A stretch of 64,000 nucleotides of DNA from a virus. The DNA lies in IMG/VR virus record IMGVR_UViG_3300002461_001229; one strand, written 5' to 3'. A program made the translations under genes and the position numbers. The notes under the pieces were generated by a model, which saw only the letters and a list, made by a program, of their open reading frames with translations, made no database searches and was not told the origin of the DNA. Below, piece by piece: positions 53,682 to 62,766 of the stretch (position 1 is the stretch's first letter; each line of letters starts with the position of its first letter).

Positions 53682-54635
53682 TTACGAATTTGCCTTCTCA
53701 AGCTCCTCGTCGGAGGCCGGGATCGTCGTCGCCAGAGTGACTACCCGTTTGGATTCCACCGTCACGAAATCCGGCAGCGGTTCCTTCCGCTTGACGAGGT
53801 CGTTGACGTACGCCTTGATGCGGGGAAGGTCGAGCTGCGGACCGTGGTTGACGATCGCGGCCGGGTAGTTCTTCTCGGCCCATGTGATCCCCTTCGGTTC
53901 GTCGAAATCGTACGTCTTGCTGTTCCTGAACTTGATGTACAGATCGAATTCCGATTCGTTCGGGTAGCGCTCGGCGTACTCTGTCGACGCAAACTTCAAC
54001 TGGCCAACGACCGAGTCGCGCCGGTTGGTCGCCGCCTTCCGCTCTTGGATCAGCTCGGCGTTCTCTTTGTTGAACTTTTCCTGCTTCGCCTTGAACTGCG
54101 CGTCGAGCGAGTTCACCACGCGTGCCTCGGCGAAGTACGCGGCCTCGACCTTGCGGATCGCGCCCACGAGCTCGTCGTCGCTCATCCGGAGGATCTTTTC
54201 TTCCCACGTGAGCGGTTGCTCGGGCTGGACGTCCTCGGGCTCCGCTGTCTCCGCTGTCTCTGGCTCGGGTTGAGCTTCCACGCTTGGGGTTTCCTCGGGC
54301 TGCTCTACCTGCGGCGGATAGTGTCCGTTCTGTGGTGGACCGGGTGTGACTGCCGGGATGCTTTCGACCGGGATGGATTCGATCGCGGGTTGTTGGAGCG
54401 GGTCGATCTCCCGACCGGCACCGATCAGGCGTTCGTTCCCGAACGAGCTCCGCGCCGTTTCCTCCGTGAAGTACGCCCGAATGGTCGGCGGCGTGGATGC
54501 CTTGTCGATGGCGATCCATTTTTCCAGCAGGTTCGGGTCGTCGCTTTTGGCAACGTAGCGGCCTTGGAAGTTCTCCGAATGAAGCACGTTCAAGATCTGG
54601 TCTGGTTTGATTTCTGTCGCGATTGTGTTTTGCAT
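53682..54635 (-). CDS. Protein with a C-terminal Mu-Gam/Gp157-like coiled-coil domain
   Basis: Pro/Glu-rich linker, then a coiled coil and KFRNSKTYDFD...LDLPRIKAYV; start re-assigned to MQNTIATE. Confidence 0.5.
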   Translation of the reverse strand: MQNTIATEIKPDQILNVLHSENFQGRYVAKSDDPNLLEKWIAIDKASTPPTIRAYFTEETARSSFGNERLIGAGREIDPLQQPAIESIPVESIPAVTPGPPQNGHYPPQVEQPEETPSVEAQPEPETAETAEPEDVQPEQPLTWEEKILRMSDDELVGAIRKVEAAYFAEARVVNSLDAQFKAKQEKFNKENAELIQERKAATNRRDSVVGQLKFASTEYAERYPNESEFDLYIKFRNSKTYDFDEPKGITWAEKNYPAAIVNHGPQLDLPRIKAYVNDLVKRKEPLPDFVTVESKRVVTLATTIPASDEELEKANS

Positions 54636-54646
54636 TTTGTTTCTCC

Positions 54647-54705
54647 TGTAAAGCAAGTTGCTTTACACCGAATGATAAACCTCTTGTAAAGCAGATGTCA
54701 AGACA
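54647..54705 (-). promoter_or_regulatory. Early sigma70 promoter with overlapping palindromic operator(s)
   Basis: TTGACA (54701-54696), 18-nt spacer, TATCAT (54677-54672). Perfect palindrome TGTAAAGCAA-G-TTGCTTTACA (54647-54667) and a degenerate copy (54685-54705). Confidence 0.75.
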
Positions 54706-54724
54706 AAAGTTATCATTTGGGTTT

Positions 54725-55213
54725 TTAGCGCTTGATGACTTTCGGCGGGTACCGATATCCGGTCTCGTGCTTGCACTCGTAGGTCTTCTCGATCCGGTCC
54801 GTCTCGGGATTGACGACGTAGATCGTGCCTTGGTTCTCACGGCATTCGTCGCAGTAGTGGTCGAACTCGATGCGGTAGTAGCCGTCGAAGATCGCCATCA
54901 GCGAAGCGGCTTCGATGCTCCTCGGCTGCCGGCCGTCGTAGAAATCCTTTGCCCGAGCGTCGAGCGTTTTCTGCAGCAGATCCTCGTAGGTCCACTCGGG
55001 GATGCGCCAGCGTCTGAATTCCGTAAGCCAGGCCGCGGCCATCAGGTCAGCTTCCTTCGGATCGAGCAGCGAGTAACCCTGCAAGAGTCGTGACCGGTTG
55101 ATCAAGCTCATCATTCGCTCGATCTCGTCCAGCGAAAAGATGTCCGCGCTCTTCCCGCCATTGCTTGAGTGCTGCATCGTAGTCTTCTGCGGTTCGAATT
55201 TTCTTTCTGCCAT
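54725..55213 (-). CDS. Replication-associated protein (helicase loader/inhibitor-like) with a C-terminal Cys motif
   Basis: Follows and overlaps the initiator, like lambda O/P; CAGGAG SD; CDEC...CKH. Confidence 0.55.
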   Translation of the reverse strand: MAERKFEPQKTTMQHSSNGGKSADIFSLDEIERMMSLINRSRLLQGYSLLDPKEADLMAAAWLTEFRRWRIPEWTYEDLLQKTLDARAKDFYDGRQPRSIEAASLMAIFDGYYRIEFDHYCDECRENQGTIYVVNPETDRIEKTYECKHETGYRYPPKVIKR

Positions 55214-56048
55214 TGTTTTGCTCCTGTCCGGGCTTGATGCCCTTTTCTTGCCTGAACTGCCAATCCGGCAGGTAGGCTGCGACGGTCCGCCACGTAACGC
55301 GGCTTGTCCGCCATGATTCCATCCGCATCACGTTGTAGCACTTGATCACCTCAAGCGGCGGCGTGCCGGATAGCCACATCTTGCGAACATCTTCCAGATG
55401 TTCGCTTTTTAAGTGAGGAGCGGCTGCGTCGAGCAGCTCCCTGAATTCGGCGAGCGTATGCTCGCCGATCTTTTTTGGTTTGTTAAGCGGTTCACCAAAG
55501 GGAGAAGATTTTTCACTCGCGGACGCACGCACACGCGGTTTGTGTGATGGTTCTATTGACGGTTCTTGATGGTTATATATGGGGGTGTCATGGGTGACAC
55601 CTTTTTCGGTCACCCATGACGCCTTTTCTTGGTCACCGGTGACACCTTTTATTTCAGAAAAGGTGTCATCCATGACCTCTTTTATCTCCTCAGAAAAGGT
55701 GTCGCCGGTGACACCCTTTATTTCGGGCTCGGGAAAAGAGGACACCGGTGTCCCCTTTTCGGATCGGGCTGTTTCCGGCACTTCCGGGCGAAGAAGTTGA
55801 TACAACGATTGTTTCCCTCGCCCTTGTGCTTGTTTCGTTTCTAGGTAACCGAGGTCTTCAAGCGTTCGGAAGTTCCGGGTTACCTGCCTAACGCGGATCC
55901 TTGCCTTTTTAGCGATCAGGCTGCGTCGCGGCCATGCCAGCCCGCTCGAGTCCGCGTGGTCCGCGATCGCCAGAAGCGTGAGCAGCAGCGATCCATCAAT
56001 CCTCGTGTCGTCGTTGTCAAAGTAATATCCAACCCACTGTGCCGACAT
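55047..56048 (-). CDS. Phage replication initiator (N-terminal HTH, lambda-O-like)
   Basis: LLLTLLAIADHAD...WP...IAKKARI...VTRNFRTLEDLGYL winged-helix pattern; internal iteron array. Confidence 0.82.
   Translation of the reverse strand: MSAQWVGYYFDNDDTRIDGSLLLTLLAIADHADSSGLAWPRRSLIAKKARIRVRQVTRNFRTLEDLGYLETKQAQGRGKQSLYQLLRPEVPETARSEKGTPVSSFPEPEIKGVTGDTFSEEIKEVMDDTFSEIKGVTGDQEKASWVTEKGVTHDTPIYNHQEPSIEPSHKPRVRASASEKSSPFGEPLNKPKKIGEHTLAEFRELLDAAAPHLKSEHLEDVRKMWLSGTPPLEVIKCYNVMRMESWRTSRVTWRTVAAYLPDWQFRQEKGIKPGQEQNNGRKKIRTAEDYDAALKQWREERGHLFAGRDRANDELDQPVTTLAGLLAARSEGS
55584..55755. repeat. Putative replication origin: six 18-bp imperfect palindromic iterons (GGTGTCA-N4-TGACACC)
   Basis: Copies at 55584, 55606, 55629, 55662, 55698 and 55738, flanked by A/T runs, inside the initiator gene. 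Confidence 0.8.
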
Positions 56049-56064
56049 TCATTTACCTCCATTC

Positions 56065-57435
56065 CTAATTCTTGTTACCGAATTTCACCTTGTCCCTGAG
56101 CCAGATAGCCTCGACGGTGTCGGTCGGCCCGTTCCGGTTCTTGGCGATGATGAACTCGGTCGTGTAATTGGTCGAGTCTGTCTCTTTCTTCTCGTAGTAG
56201 CTCGGGCGATAGAGAAAGATCACGACGTCCGCATCCTGTTCGATCGCTCCGGAGTCGCGCAGGTCCGAAAGCTTCGGCCGCGGCGGATTGCGATTCTCGG
56301 GAGCTCGGGAGAGCTGCGAAAGGGCGATCACCGGGCATTTGAGCTCTTTGGCGATGGCCTTCAGTTCGCGAGATATGGCGCTGATGTCATCGCGGCGTTC
56401 GCGGCTGGGTTTGCTCGAAGTCATCAGGCCTAGATAGTCGACCGCGACCAGGTCGAGCTTCTTTTGCTCCGTCTTGATCTTCCGGGCCTTGGCGAGCACC
56501 TGTGTCGGTGTCATGGCAGGAGTGTCGTCAATGAAGAATCGTCGCCCTTGGAGCGTGTTATAGACATCGGTGGCCTGTTTCCATTGCATATCGCTTAGAA
56601 CGTTGTGAGCGTAGCCCCAGAGGCTAATATCAGCTATCTGAGCGATCGTCCGGTCGATGACCTGCTCTTTACTCATTTCCAGCGACGCGAAAAAGACGAC
56701 ATGGTCATCAAGAGCCGCGTTGACGAGGAACTGCAAAGCCGCGGCCGTCTTGCCCATCGATGGCCGGGCAGCGAGGATGATGAGGTCCTGCTGCTTGAAG
56801 CCGGCGAGGAAGCTGTCCAGATCCCGCAGGCCGGTCTTGATGCCTTGAACTATCTCGCCGCTCTTTCGCCGCTCGTAAGCCTTGGTCAAGCTTTCGTAGG
56901 CGAGCAGCTCGGCCAGCACCGGTCCGGCCGCTCCCTGGTCGCGCTCTTGCGATAGGGTGAAGATCATCTGCTCGGCACGATCGAGCACCAGCTCCGAATC
57001 CTCTTCCTCTTCCAAAGCGTCGCTTGTGATCTGCGCACACGACATGATCAACCGACGCAGTAGAGACTTCTGCCGGATGATCTGAAGGTACTCGCCGACG
57101 TCGGTGAAGTGCGGAAGCCCGTAGCTCAGGTTTGTGATCGCCGCGATGCCGCCGACCGTTGCCGCATCGCCGTCGCGCTTCAATTCCTCGGCGATCAGGA
57201 TCGGGTCAATGGTCCGGTTAGAGTTGAACAGCGAGAGCATCGCCGTATATATCCGACGATGGAACGGCGAGTAGAAATCATCCGCCTCAAGAGCCTCTGC
57301 GGCCTGTGCGATTATGTTCTCGTCGAGCAGCACCGCTCCGAGAACGCATCGCTCTGCGTCGTTCGACGATGGCAGCGGTTTCGAGAAAAGTACCTCGCCT
57401 TTGATCTGAGTTGTCTGGTCTTTCTTACGTGGCAT
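56065..57435 (-). CDS. dnaB: Replicative DNA helicase DnaB
   Basis: ILAARPSMGKT, SLEMS, DYLGLM, LSQLSR, LRDSGAIEQDAD, KNRNGPT; start re-assigned to MPRKK. Confidence 0.96.
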   Translation of the reverse strand: MPRKKDQTTQIKGEVLFSKPLPSSNDAERCVLGAVLLDENIIAQAAEALEADDFYSPFHRRIYTAMLSLFNSNRTIDPILIAEELKRDGDAATVGGIAAITNLSYGLPHFTDVGEYLQIIRQKSLLRRLIMSCAQITSDALEEEEDSELVLDRAEQMIFTLSQERDQGAAGPVLAELLAYESLTKAYERRKSGEIVQGIKTGLRDLDSFLAGFKQQDLIILAARPSMGKTAAALQFLVNAALDDHVVFFASLEMSKEQVIDRTIAQIADISLWGYAHNVLSDMQWKQATDVYNTLQGRRFFIDDTPAMTPTQVLAKARKIKTEQKKLDLVAVDYLGLMTSSKPSRERRDDISAISRELKAIAKELKCPVIALSQLSRAPENRNPPRPKLSDLRDSGAIEQDADVVIFLYRPSYYEKKETDSTNYTTEFIIAKNRNGPTDTVEAIWLRDKVKFGNKN

Positions 57436-58087
57436 TCTCCTCCAAAACCCGCTTTGCCGCGGTGAGTTTGACAAAGTCCTCGTGCGATCCGCCTGCGTCC
57501 GGATGGAGCTTCATCGACGCGTGCCGGAAAGCCCGGTCGCGGATCTCTGTGTAAGCCTTGATGTCGGCCGCTTTGTATTGCGTGTGCTGTGCGATGAACA
57601 GAGCTGCCGTTTCGACCGTGAAACCGCCATCGCTGGCAGGCGGGAGAGCTTTGTAGCCTTCGTAGTGAGCGTTCGCTTTGCCACCACCACTCACGCCATA
57701 CCGGTCGACCTTGCGAAGAGCTTCGAGAGCATCAGCGATCGCCCGCAGGTTCGCTTCGAACGATGTGAATTGGTCGCACTCAAAACTCATCGGCATGTAT
57801 CGGCGGTTCGGCCTGTCCCACACATCGAAGCGGACCACCAAGCCGGGATGTGACGGAGCACGAGCCCCGCGCCGGAGCATTCCGTCGTTCCGGACGTCAT
57901 ACGGCGTGTGTGCCGTCTGGATCACGCACGAATCTTCGCGGTAGCCGAGCATCTTCATCTCCCGGTGGAGGAGCTCAAGCGTCTCGGTCCAGCTTTTACC
58001 GAACGGCGACGGCTTGCGTTTGTGGTCGGGCGTCAGCTCCCGCGGGAACTGGCCTTCAAGTGATTTGTATGTGTATCTAAGAGTCAT
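57425..58087 (-). CDS. Phage protein with a C-terminal DnaJ (HPD) domain
   Basis: AFRHASMKLHPDAGGSHEDFVKLTAAKRVL. Confidence 0.8.
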   Translation of the reverse strand: MTLRYTYKSLEGQFPRELTPDHKRKPSPFGKSWTETLELLHREMKMLGYREDSCVIQTAHTPYDVRNDGMLRRGARAPSHPGLVVRFDVWDRPNRRYMPMSFECDQFTSFEANLRAIADALEALRKVDRYGVSGGGKANAHYEGYKALPPASDGGFTVETAALFIAQHTQYKAADIKAYTEIRDRAFRHASMKLHPDAGGSHEDFVKLTAAKRVLEENAT

Positions 58088-58319
58088 TGTTTTCACGACC
58101 TCCGGTTAATTGTCTTGGTTCGGTCGGGATGAAGCCGGAACCGGTACCGCCAACAATATTCATGAATTGGATCTCGACGCGGGCCGAATCGATGATCGTC
58201 TTTGCGATATTGGCGACGGCGTTCGCCTGGTCGGCGTCCATCGTTTCTTCGCCGTCGACCAGCTTCTCGATCGTCTCAAACAACAGGTTGCGAAGATCCT
58301 CGATCTTGTTCTTTGGCAT
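58077..58319 (-). CDS. Small helical phage protein (80 aa)
   Basis: DLRNLLFETIEKL...ANAVANIAKTIIDSARVE; AAGGAG SD. Confidence 0.7.
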   Translation of the reverse strand: MPKNKIEDLRNLLFETIEKLVDGEETMDADQANAVANIAKTIIDSARVEIQFMNIVGGTGSGFIPTEPRQLTGGRENNDS

Positions 58320-58704
58320 TCGCTATCTCCTTTCTCAGTTTTTCCAAAAGTCGCATCGCCTGCCGCAGCTCGTAGCCGAACGGGCTGCGGTTCCGGTCGT
58401 ATGACCGCTGCAGGATCTCGCGGACCTTTTCCGGATGCCTTGCCCGCCACCGCTTCGTTCGCTCGTACTGCTTTGCGTAGAAGGCCTGCGGATCGCGTGT
58501 CCGTTTCAGTTCCCGAGCCCGCTTATCCTCGGCCCGGGCCTTCCCAGGGTTCGCCTGCCGGCGACGGCGACGAGCCGCGTTGCAGATCTCGCGGTTCGCC
58601 TTCGAATACTCGCGGCCTTTGCGGTTATTGCACGGATGGCAGTAGCCGGCTTTCGAGAATTCTTCTCGGGGTTTTACCTCCCCGCACGCCGGGCATCGTT
58701 TCAC
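58276..58704 (-). CDS. Zn-finger/basic protein resembling HNH-endonuclease N-termini; no HNH core seen
   Basis: KRCPACGEVKPREEF...YCHPC; GTGA coupling. Confidence 0.55.
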   Translation of the reverse strand: MKRCPACGEVKPREEFSKAGYCHPCNNRKGREYSKANREICNAARRRRRQANPGKARAEDKRARELKRTRDPQAFYAKQYERTKRWRARHPEKVREILQRSYDRNRSPFGYELRQAMRLLEKLRKEIANAKEQDRGSSQPVV

Positions 58705-59084
58705 CACAGATCCTCCGTGTATCGAAACCCCTGAAAGCCGCGTCTGGCTATCGGCTGAGGCGGATAGCTGACCGGAGCTGAGCAGATGACCCACCACTTC
58801 GCGGATCGCTTCATTCCATCCCAACAGTCCAGCTCCCATCCTTCGCCACTTTCAAAGCCGGCGATGTTCATTCGGCAAATGATCTGACCGCCGACGAGGA
58901 TGTACAGATGCAGCACATCGATCTTCGGCCGCTGTGAAAGAGCGACGTAGATGGCGGGGATCTTCCCTTCGTTCAGCGCGTCATAGGACCGCATCATCCT
59001 GGTCCGTGCCGTGCTGTCCAGAGCGTACTGACGAGCCTCACCCGGCAGCGTTCGAATTATTCCGGTCGGTCTGATCATCATCAC
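58701..59084 (-). CDS. Hypothetical protein, possibly ASCH/PUA-like
   Basis: C-terminal RRGFQGFRY motif. Confidence 0.55.
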   Translation of the reverse strand: MMMIRPTGIIRTLPGEARQYALDSTARTRMMRSYDALNEGKIPAIYVALSQRPKIDVLHLYILVGGQIICRMNIAGFESGEGWELDCWDGMKRSAKWWVICSAPVSYPPQPIARRGFQGFRYTEDLW

Positions 59085-59517
59085 TTATTCTCACCACCTT
59101 TTCGTTTTCACTTTCGGCAAGTAGTCCAGTCTGGCCAAGCAGCTTCCCACCCCGAAACAGATACCCGATATCGGCCATCATGTTAGTGAGTGCGTCATGG
59201 ACAGCGTCCAAAGGGCCGTCGCCTTTACCGAGCCAGTCGATTGCGACCTCACCCGGCCGTGAGATGTAGCAGGTAAACCCCTGAGTGAAGTCTCCACCCG
59301 GATGGCTGTTGTCGGAGACGCGAAGTCGGCCGCACGGCGAAATAGCCTGATACTGCCAGCCGAGGTTGTCCCAAACGCGGACCGTCCAGTCCGCACCGCA
59401 CATCGACGCCACTTCTCTAGCGACCACCAAAACACGGTCGTGCTCCGTTCGCGTGCAGCCCCTCCCACATTGCGGATCACAGTACCGCTCTGATTTGTCG
59501 TCGTATTCAGCCATCAT
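59038..59517 (-). CDS. Hypothetical protein
   Basis: ATGA-coupled start; YCDPQCGRGC motif. Confidence 0.55.
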   Translation of the reverse strand: MMAEYDDKSERYCDPQCGRGCTRTEHDRVLVVAREVASMCGADWTVRVWDNLGWQYQAISPCGRLRVSDNSHPGGDFTQGFTCYISRPGEVAIDWLGKGDGPLDAVHDALTNMMADIGYLFRGGKLLGQTGLLAESENEKVVRISDDDQTDRNNSNAAG

Positions 59518-59681
59518 TCGCCCCGCTGCAGGTCCTCTTTCAAACACTCGATCTTGCCCTCGATCTCGGCTTGCAGCTCTTCGAGATTCTCGATCGCCTC
59601 ATCGATGGACACCGAATCGTCGGAGAACAGCGCGTCGATCGCCGCCACTGCGTTTTTGTAAAGTTCTTTATTTTTTGTCAT
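59514..59681 (-). CDS. Small acidic coiled-coil protein (55 aa)
   Basis: MTKNKELYKNAVAAIDALF...; GGAGG SD. Confidence 0.55.
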   Translation of the reverse strand: MTKNKELYKNAVAAIDALFSDDSVSIDEAIENLEELQAEIEGKIECLKEDLQRGE

Positions 59682-60720
59682 GTTGTTTTTCCTCCGGCAC
59701 TTCATTCCATTCGCGGCCGTCGAGCAGGCGGCCGGATTTGTTTTTGCCGACACGAATCATCCCAAAGGCTCTTGGGCTCATTCCGTTAGAGCTTCCGCTC
59801 CGCACAGTGCCATCGCTATCGAGCCAGCAAGTGTTGTCCGAGTCGGCGTTCCAGCGAACTTGGCACATCGCCAGATTTTCGTCAGAAGCGACGGTCCACT
59901 CACCCCATTGCTTGAAAAAGAATGGAACGCTTGCCGCCTGGCACTGATCGCGAAGCGACCGCACCCAATCCGGATGCATCGGCCGGGCCTTGCCGCCCGA
60001 TTCGCCGCCGACGATGACCCAATTGATTTGCAGATCGGTCATATCGTCCGGGCCTTTTACGTGCCCGTTCAGACAATTCAGGGATACATCCCCAAACCCG
60101 TCCTCGTGTCGGATAATGGCTAAATTGGTTAAATCCACCGGCCCGAGCAGCGGTTCCATACTCAGAAACCGAACGGCTGCCGGTATTTGCAGCAGTTGAG
60201 GAATGCGCTCGTCGGCGGTCTTCTGGTCCTCAACGGATGTTCCGATCCAAAGGTTCTTTGGGAACCTTTCAGCCCTCTCGCCCTTCGGAGTGCATCGCGT
60301 CGTCCAACGTTCCGGCACGATCTTCATTGCCAGGTGCGGTCGCTTTGTAAGTAAAAGCCAGTCGAGATTGCGCGTCGTCTCGATCAGTTTGAAAAGCCGC
60401 CCGCGAGCCTGCTGGACCGCGAGCCATGCATCGGCGGGCATTGAATCCTCGCCTTCGAAAACATCCGCCAGCGAAGCACAGAAAACGCGGTGCCGTTCGC
60501 CGGCCTGCTCCGCAGCGGCGTTCCATTTCAGCGGCTCTCGCCACATCGCATCCGACGCAACGACGCGCGTCCCGTATTTGCCCCAAATGCCGAGCACGGC
60601 CGGGTTTCGCTTGCTACCGGTGTCGGCGTAGCAGTTATCGCACCCCGCCGAAACCTTCGTGCATCCCCGCCACGGATTGAACGTGTGCGTTGCCCATTCA
60701 ATTTTTGTGTTTTCTCCCAT
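59668..60720 (-). CDS. DUF5131 (phage Gp37/Gp68) family protein
   Basis: TKIEWATHTFNPWRGCTKVSAGCDNCYA...LLLTKRP...FLSMEPLLG...WVIVGGESG...FFFKQWG. Confidence 0.92.
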   Translation of the reverse strand: MGENTKIEWATHTFNPWRGCTKVSAGCDNCYADTGSKRNPAVLGIWGKYGTRVVASDAMWREPLKWNAAAEQAGERHRVFCASLADVFEGEDSMPADAWLAVQQARGRLFKLIETTRNLDWLLLTKRPHLAMKIVPERWTTRCTPKGERAERFPKNLWIGTSVEDQKTADERIPQLLQIPAAVRFLSMEPLLGPVDLTNLAIIRHEDGFGDVSLNCLNGHVKGPDDMTDLQINWVIVGGESGGKARPMHPDWVRSLRDQCQAASVPFFFKQWGEWTVASDENLAMCQVRWNADSDNTCWLDSDGTVRSGSSNGMSPRAFGMIRVGKNKSGRLLDGREWNEVPEEKQHDKK

Positions 60721-60722
60721 CT

Positions 60723-61097
60723 TTACGATTCCTCCGTTATTTCGTCCGGCCATTCTTCTTCTTTCTCGGCCTCTTCGAACCTCTCGTTGCCGGCGAGGAT
60801 CTCTTTTACGACGTCCCTGAGCTCGACGAGACGCTCCCCGACATCATTGCCTTGATGGTCATTCGCGATGATGTCCGTCGCTAAGTTCAGGGCTTCCACG
60901 AGCTGGTTCACCGTTGCCGCTTCGACGTCCCGCTGTTCGCTAAGAGCCGTGTATGCTTTGTCCTTATTGGCCATCAGCTTGCGCTGCTCCTCGATCACCT
61001 TTTTCTGCTCGCAGTTCAGGTTGTCCGACACCTTCGCCACGATCCAGAACACGACCGCGAGTGTGCCCAGGCACAATTCCATCAACGTAAATGTCAT
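60723..61097 (-). CDS. Membrane-anchored coiled-coil hypothetical protein
   Basis: N-terminal TM segment LCLGTLAVVFWIVA; GGAG SD. Confidence 0.6.
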   Translation of the reverse strand: MTFTLMELCLGTLAVVFWIVAKVSDNLNCEQKKVIEEQRKLMANKDKAYTALSEQRDVEAATVNQLVEALNLATDIIANDHQGNDVGERLVELRDVVKEILAGNERFEEAEKEEEWPDEITEES

Positions 61098-61402
61098 AGC
61101 TCGTTCTCCGCTAATTTCCAGACCGGAATGTTCGGGCATTGTTTGGCGACCACCGCCACCCTTTCCGCAGCCTCCGGCGTCCCGCGGATATCGACGACCG
61201 GACCGACGAGGAGCTGTTCGCGGTGAGATAATCGACGGCGAAGGTGCACGGCGATCTCCGTTACGTCCATCCATTCCCCGAGCTTCGCGTCACCGACGCC
61301 GGCAAGAGCTCGGACTGCGGCATTGCGAAGCTCCCATGCGTCGAGGGCCTTTGCCCTGCCTAAGCTTGCTGAGGCGTGCCAGACCGGCCCGCCGAAGTTC
61401 AC
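61094..61402 (-). CDS. Hypothetical protein
   Basis: WHASAS...HLRRRL pattern; start uncertain. Confidence 0.5.
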   Translation of the reverse strand: MNFGGPVWHASASLGRAKALDAWELRNAAVRALAGVGDAKLGEWMDVTEIAVHLRRRLSHREQLLVGPVVDIRGTPEAAERVAVVAKQCPNIPVWKLAENEL

Positions 61403-61408
61403 TTCCAG

Positions 61409-61543
61409 TCACTCGTACCCGGAGTTGACGGAAAGCACGATGCTGATCCGCCCCTTGTTGGTCAGATAGCGAAATGCCGGCCTAAGAGTTTCCGTCGCCA
61501 ACCGACAGTGGTTGCGAATTGCGATTTCCTGATGTCTGTTCAT
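61409..61543 (-). CDS. Small hypothetical protein
   Basis: ATGA coupling and GAGG SD. Confidence 0.4.
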   Translation of the reverse strand: MNRHQEIAIRNHCRLATETLRPAFRYLTNKGRISIVLSVNSGYE

Positions 61544-61992
61544 CGTTTCGTCCTCAAGCCAACGGGTTCGCCTCGTTGGAGCTTTATTCCCAAATACCAA
61601 TCAGTAAAGTCGAGGGCTTCGTCGAGAGAATAAGCAACCTCAACTCTGTTGTTCTCCGACCGCAGATAGGCGATGTACTTCTCTTGATCGGCCGTCAGCG
61701 TGTTCTTGCCGTATTTCAGCTCGATCCATCCCGCGTGGTAGCCGTGGCGAGCGGCCGGAATGTGAATATCCGGCCTGCCCCTTGCCATCCCCGAAGCTTT
61801 TTGTTTGCCCGCCGTCGCACGCAGCTTGTAAGCGCCTTCGCCGTTGCTGCGGATATAGTCGAGGACCGGTGAAAGACTGAGGTCAAACCGCACGATCCGA
61901 AAATAGGTTATCTGTAGATTTTCCTCGTGCTGCGTTCGCTTTTGCTTCGGCTTCTCGCCTTTCAGCAGTTCCCGGTATTCTGTGATCTTCAT
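61540..61992 (-). CDS. VRR-NUC (PD-(D/E)xK) nuclease
   Basis: HEENLQ...GMARGRPDI...WIELKYGKNTLTADQ. Confidence 0.85.
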   Translation of the reverse strand: MKITEYRELLKGEKPKQKRTQHEENLQITYFRIVRFDLSLSPVLDYIRSNGEGAYKLRATAGKQKASGMARGRPDIHIPAARHGYHAGWIELKYGKNTLTADQEKYIAYLRSENNRVEVAYSLDEALDFTDWYLGIKLQRGEPVGLRTKR

Positions 61993-62567
61993 GCGGTCTG
62001 CAGTGCCTGCCTTTCAAGTGAGTTTTGGAGTCCGTCGAGGACGGCGCGTTTTTCGGCGATGAACAGTTCTTTCAGCGTCCGGCCGTCGAACCGCTGCTTG
62101 ATCACATCGTTGAGAATTCTTTTCTCGCCGAGCTCCTTCCAAAGACGGAAGATCTCTTGATTAAGCCGCTCGTGCTCGGCCATCGGTTCCTGATCCGGCG
62201 TGAACTTCTCTTGCTGATGCCCGTTCTGATGCCCGTTGCCGTGATGTTCGACTTTGTGGTCGTACTCGACCGGCTGGCCGACGATGTCGGTCCATCGCTC
62301 GTTCTGCTTGTAGTAAAGAGCACCTTCGGGCTTCTTGTAGATGCCGAGCTGCGACTTGTGCTTTACGCCGTCTGAGACGCAGATGATCTCGTAATAATCG
62401 TCGTCCGTTTTCGTTCGGCGATGCTTGAGCGTGACCATCGCTCCGCAGACCGGACACGCCTGCGGAATGGATCCCCAAAACGACGCCTGCTCGAAGATCT
62501 GCGTCGCGGTGTCGCCTTCGATGTGAACCTCAAAGGCCGGATGTTTCAATATCAGTTTCGTTCCCAT
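61989..62567 (-). CDS. Hypothetical protein with CxxC
   Basis: Start re-assigned to MGTKLIL (CAGGAG SD). Confidence 0.65.
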   Translation of the reverse strand: MGTKLILKHPAFEVHIEGDTATQIFEQASFWGSIPQACPVCGAMVTLKHRRTKTDDDYYEIICVSDGVKHKSQLGIYKKPEGALYYKQNERWTDIVGQPVEYDHKVEHHGNGHQNGHQQEKFTPDQEPMAEHERLNQEIFRLWKELGEKRILNDVIKQRFDGRTLKELFIAEKRAVLDGLQNSLERQALQTA

Positions 62568-62766
62568 TTGCTTTCTCCTGCGGTGTTCGGTCGGGCCGGT
62601 TACCCGGCCCGCCGTCGCCACTGCTTTTTTGTTAAGAAGACGGAGTTCGGCGGTTCGGGGGCATCGCCGATGTTGCCCATACGAAGCTATCGCTTCCACG
62701 TGCAGCCGAGCGTTCGCGCAAGCAAGGCTGCAAAGACCACGATCGCGATCACTTTGGCCAATTCCT

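Noticed and set aside
50904-54635. Two early genes starting MQNTIA (51125 and 54635) and recurring ACAGGAGAAA upstream motifs
   Set aside because: Most simply explained as strong, similar translation-initiation regions; too short to claim a regulatory system.
59668-60720. DUF5131 as part of a DNA-modification cluster
   Set aside because: No recognisable partner gene (e.g. three-Cys-motif partner or queuosine-pathway genes) nearby in the window.
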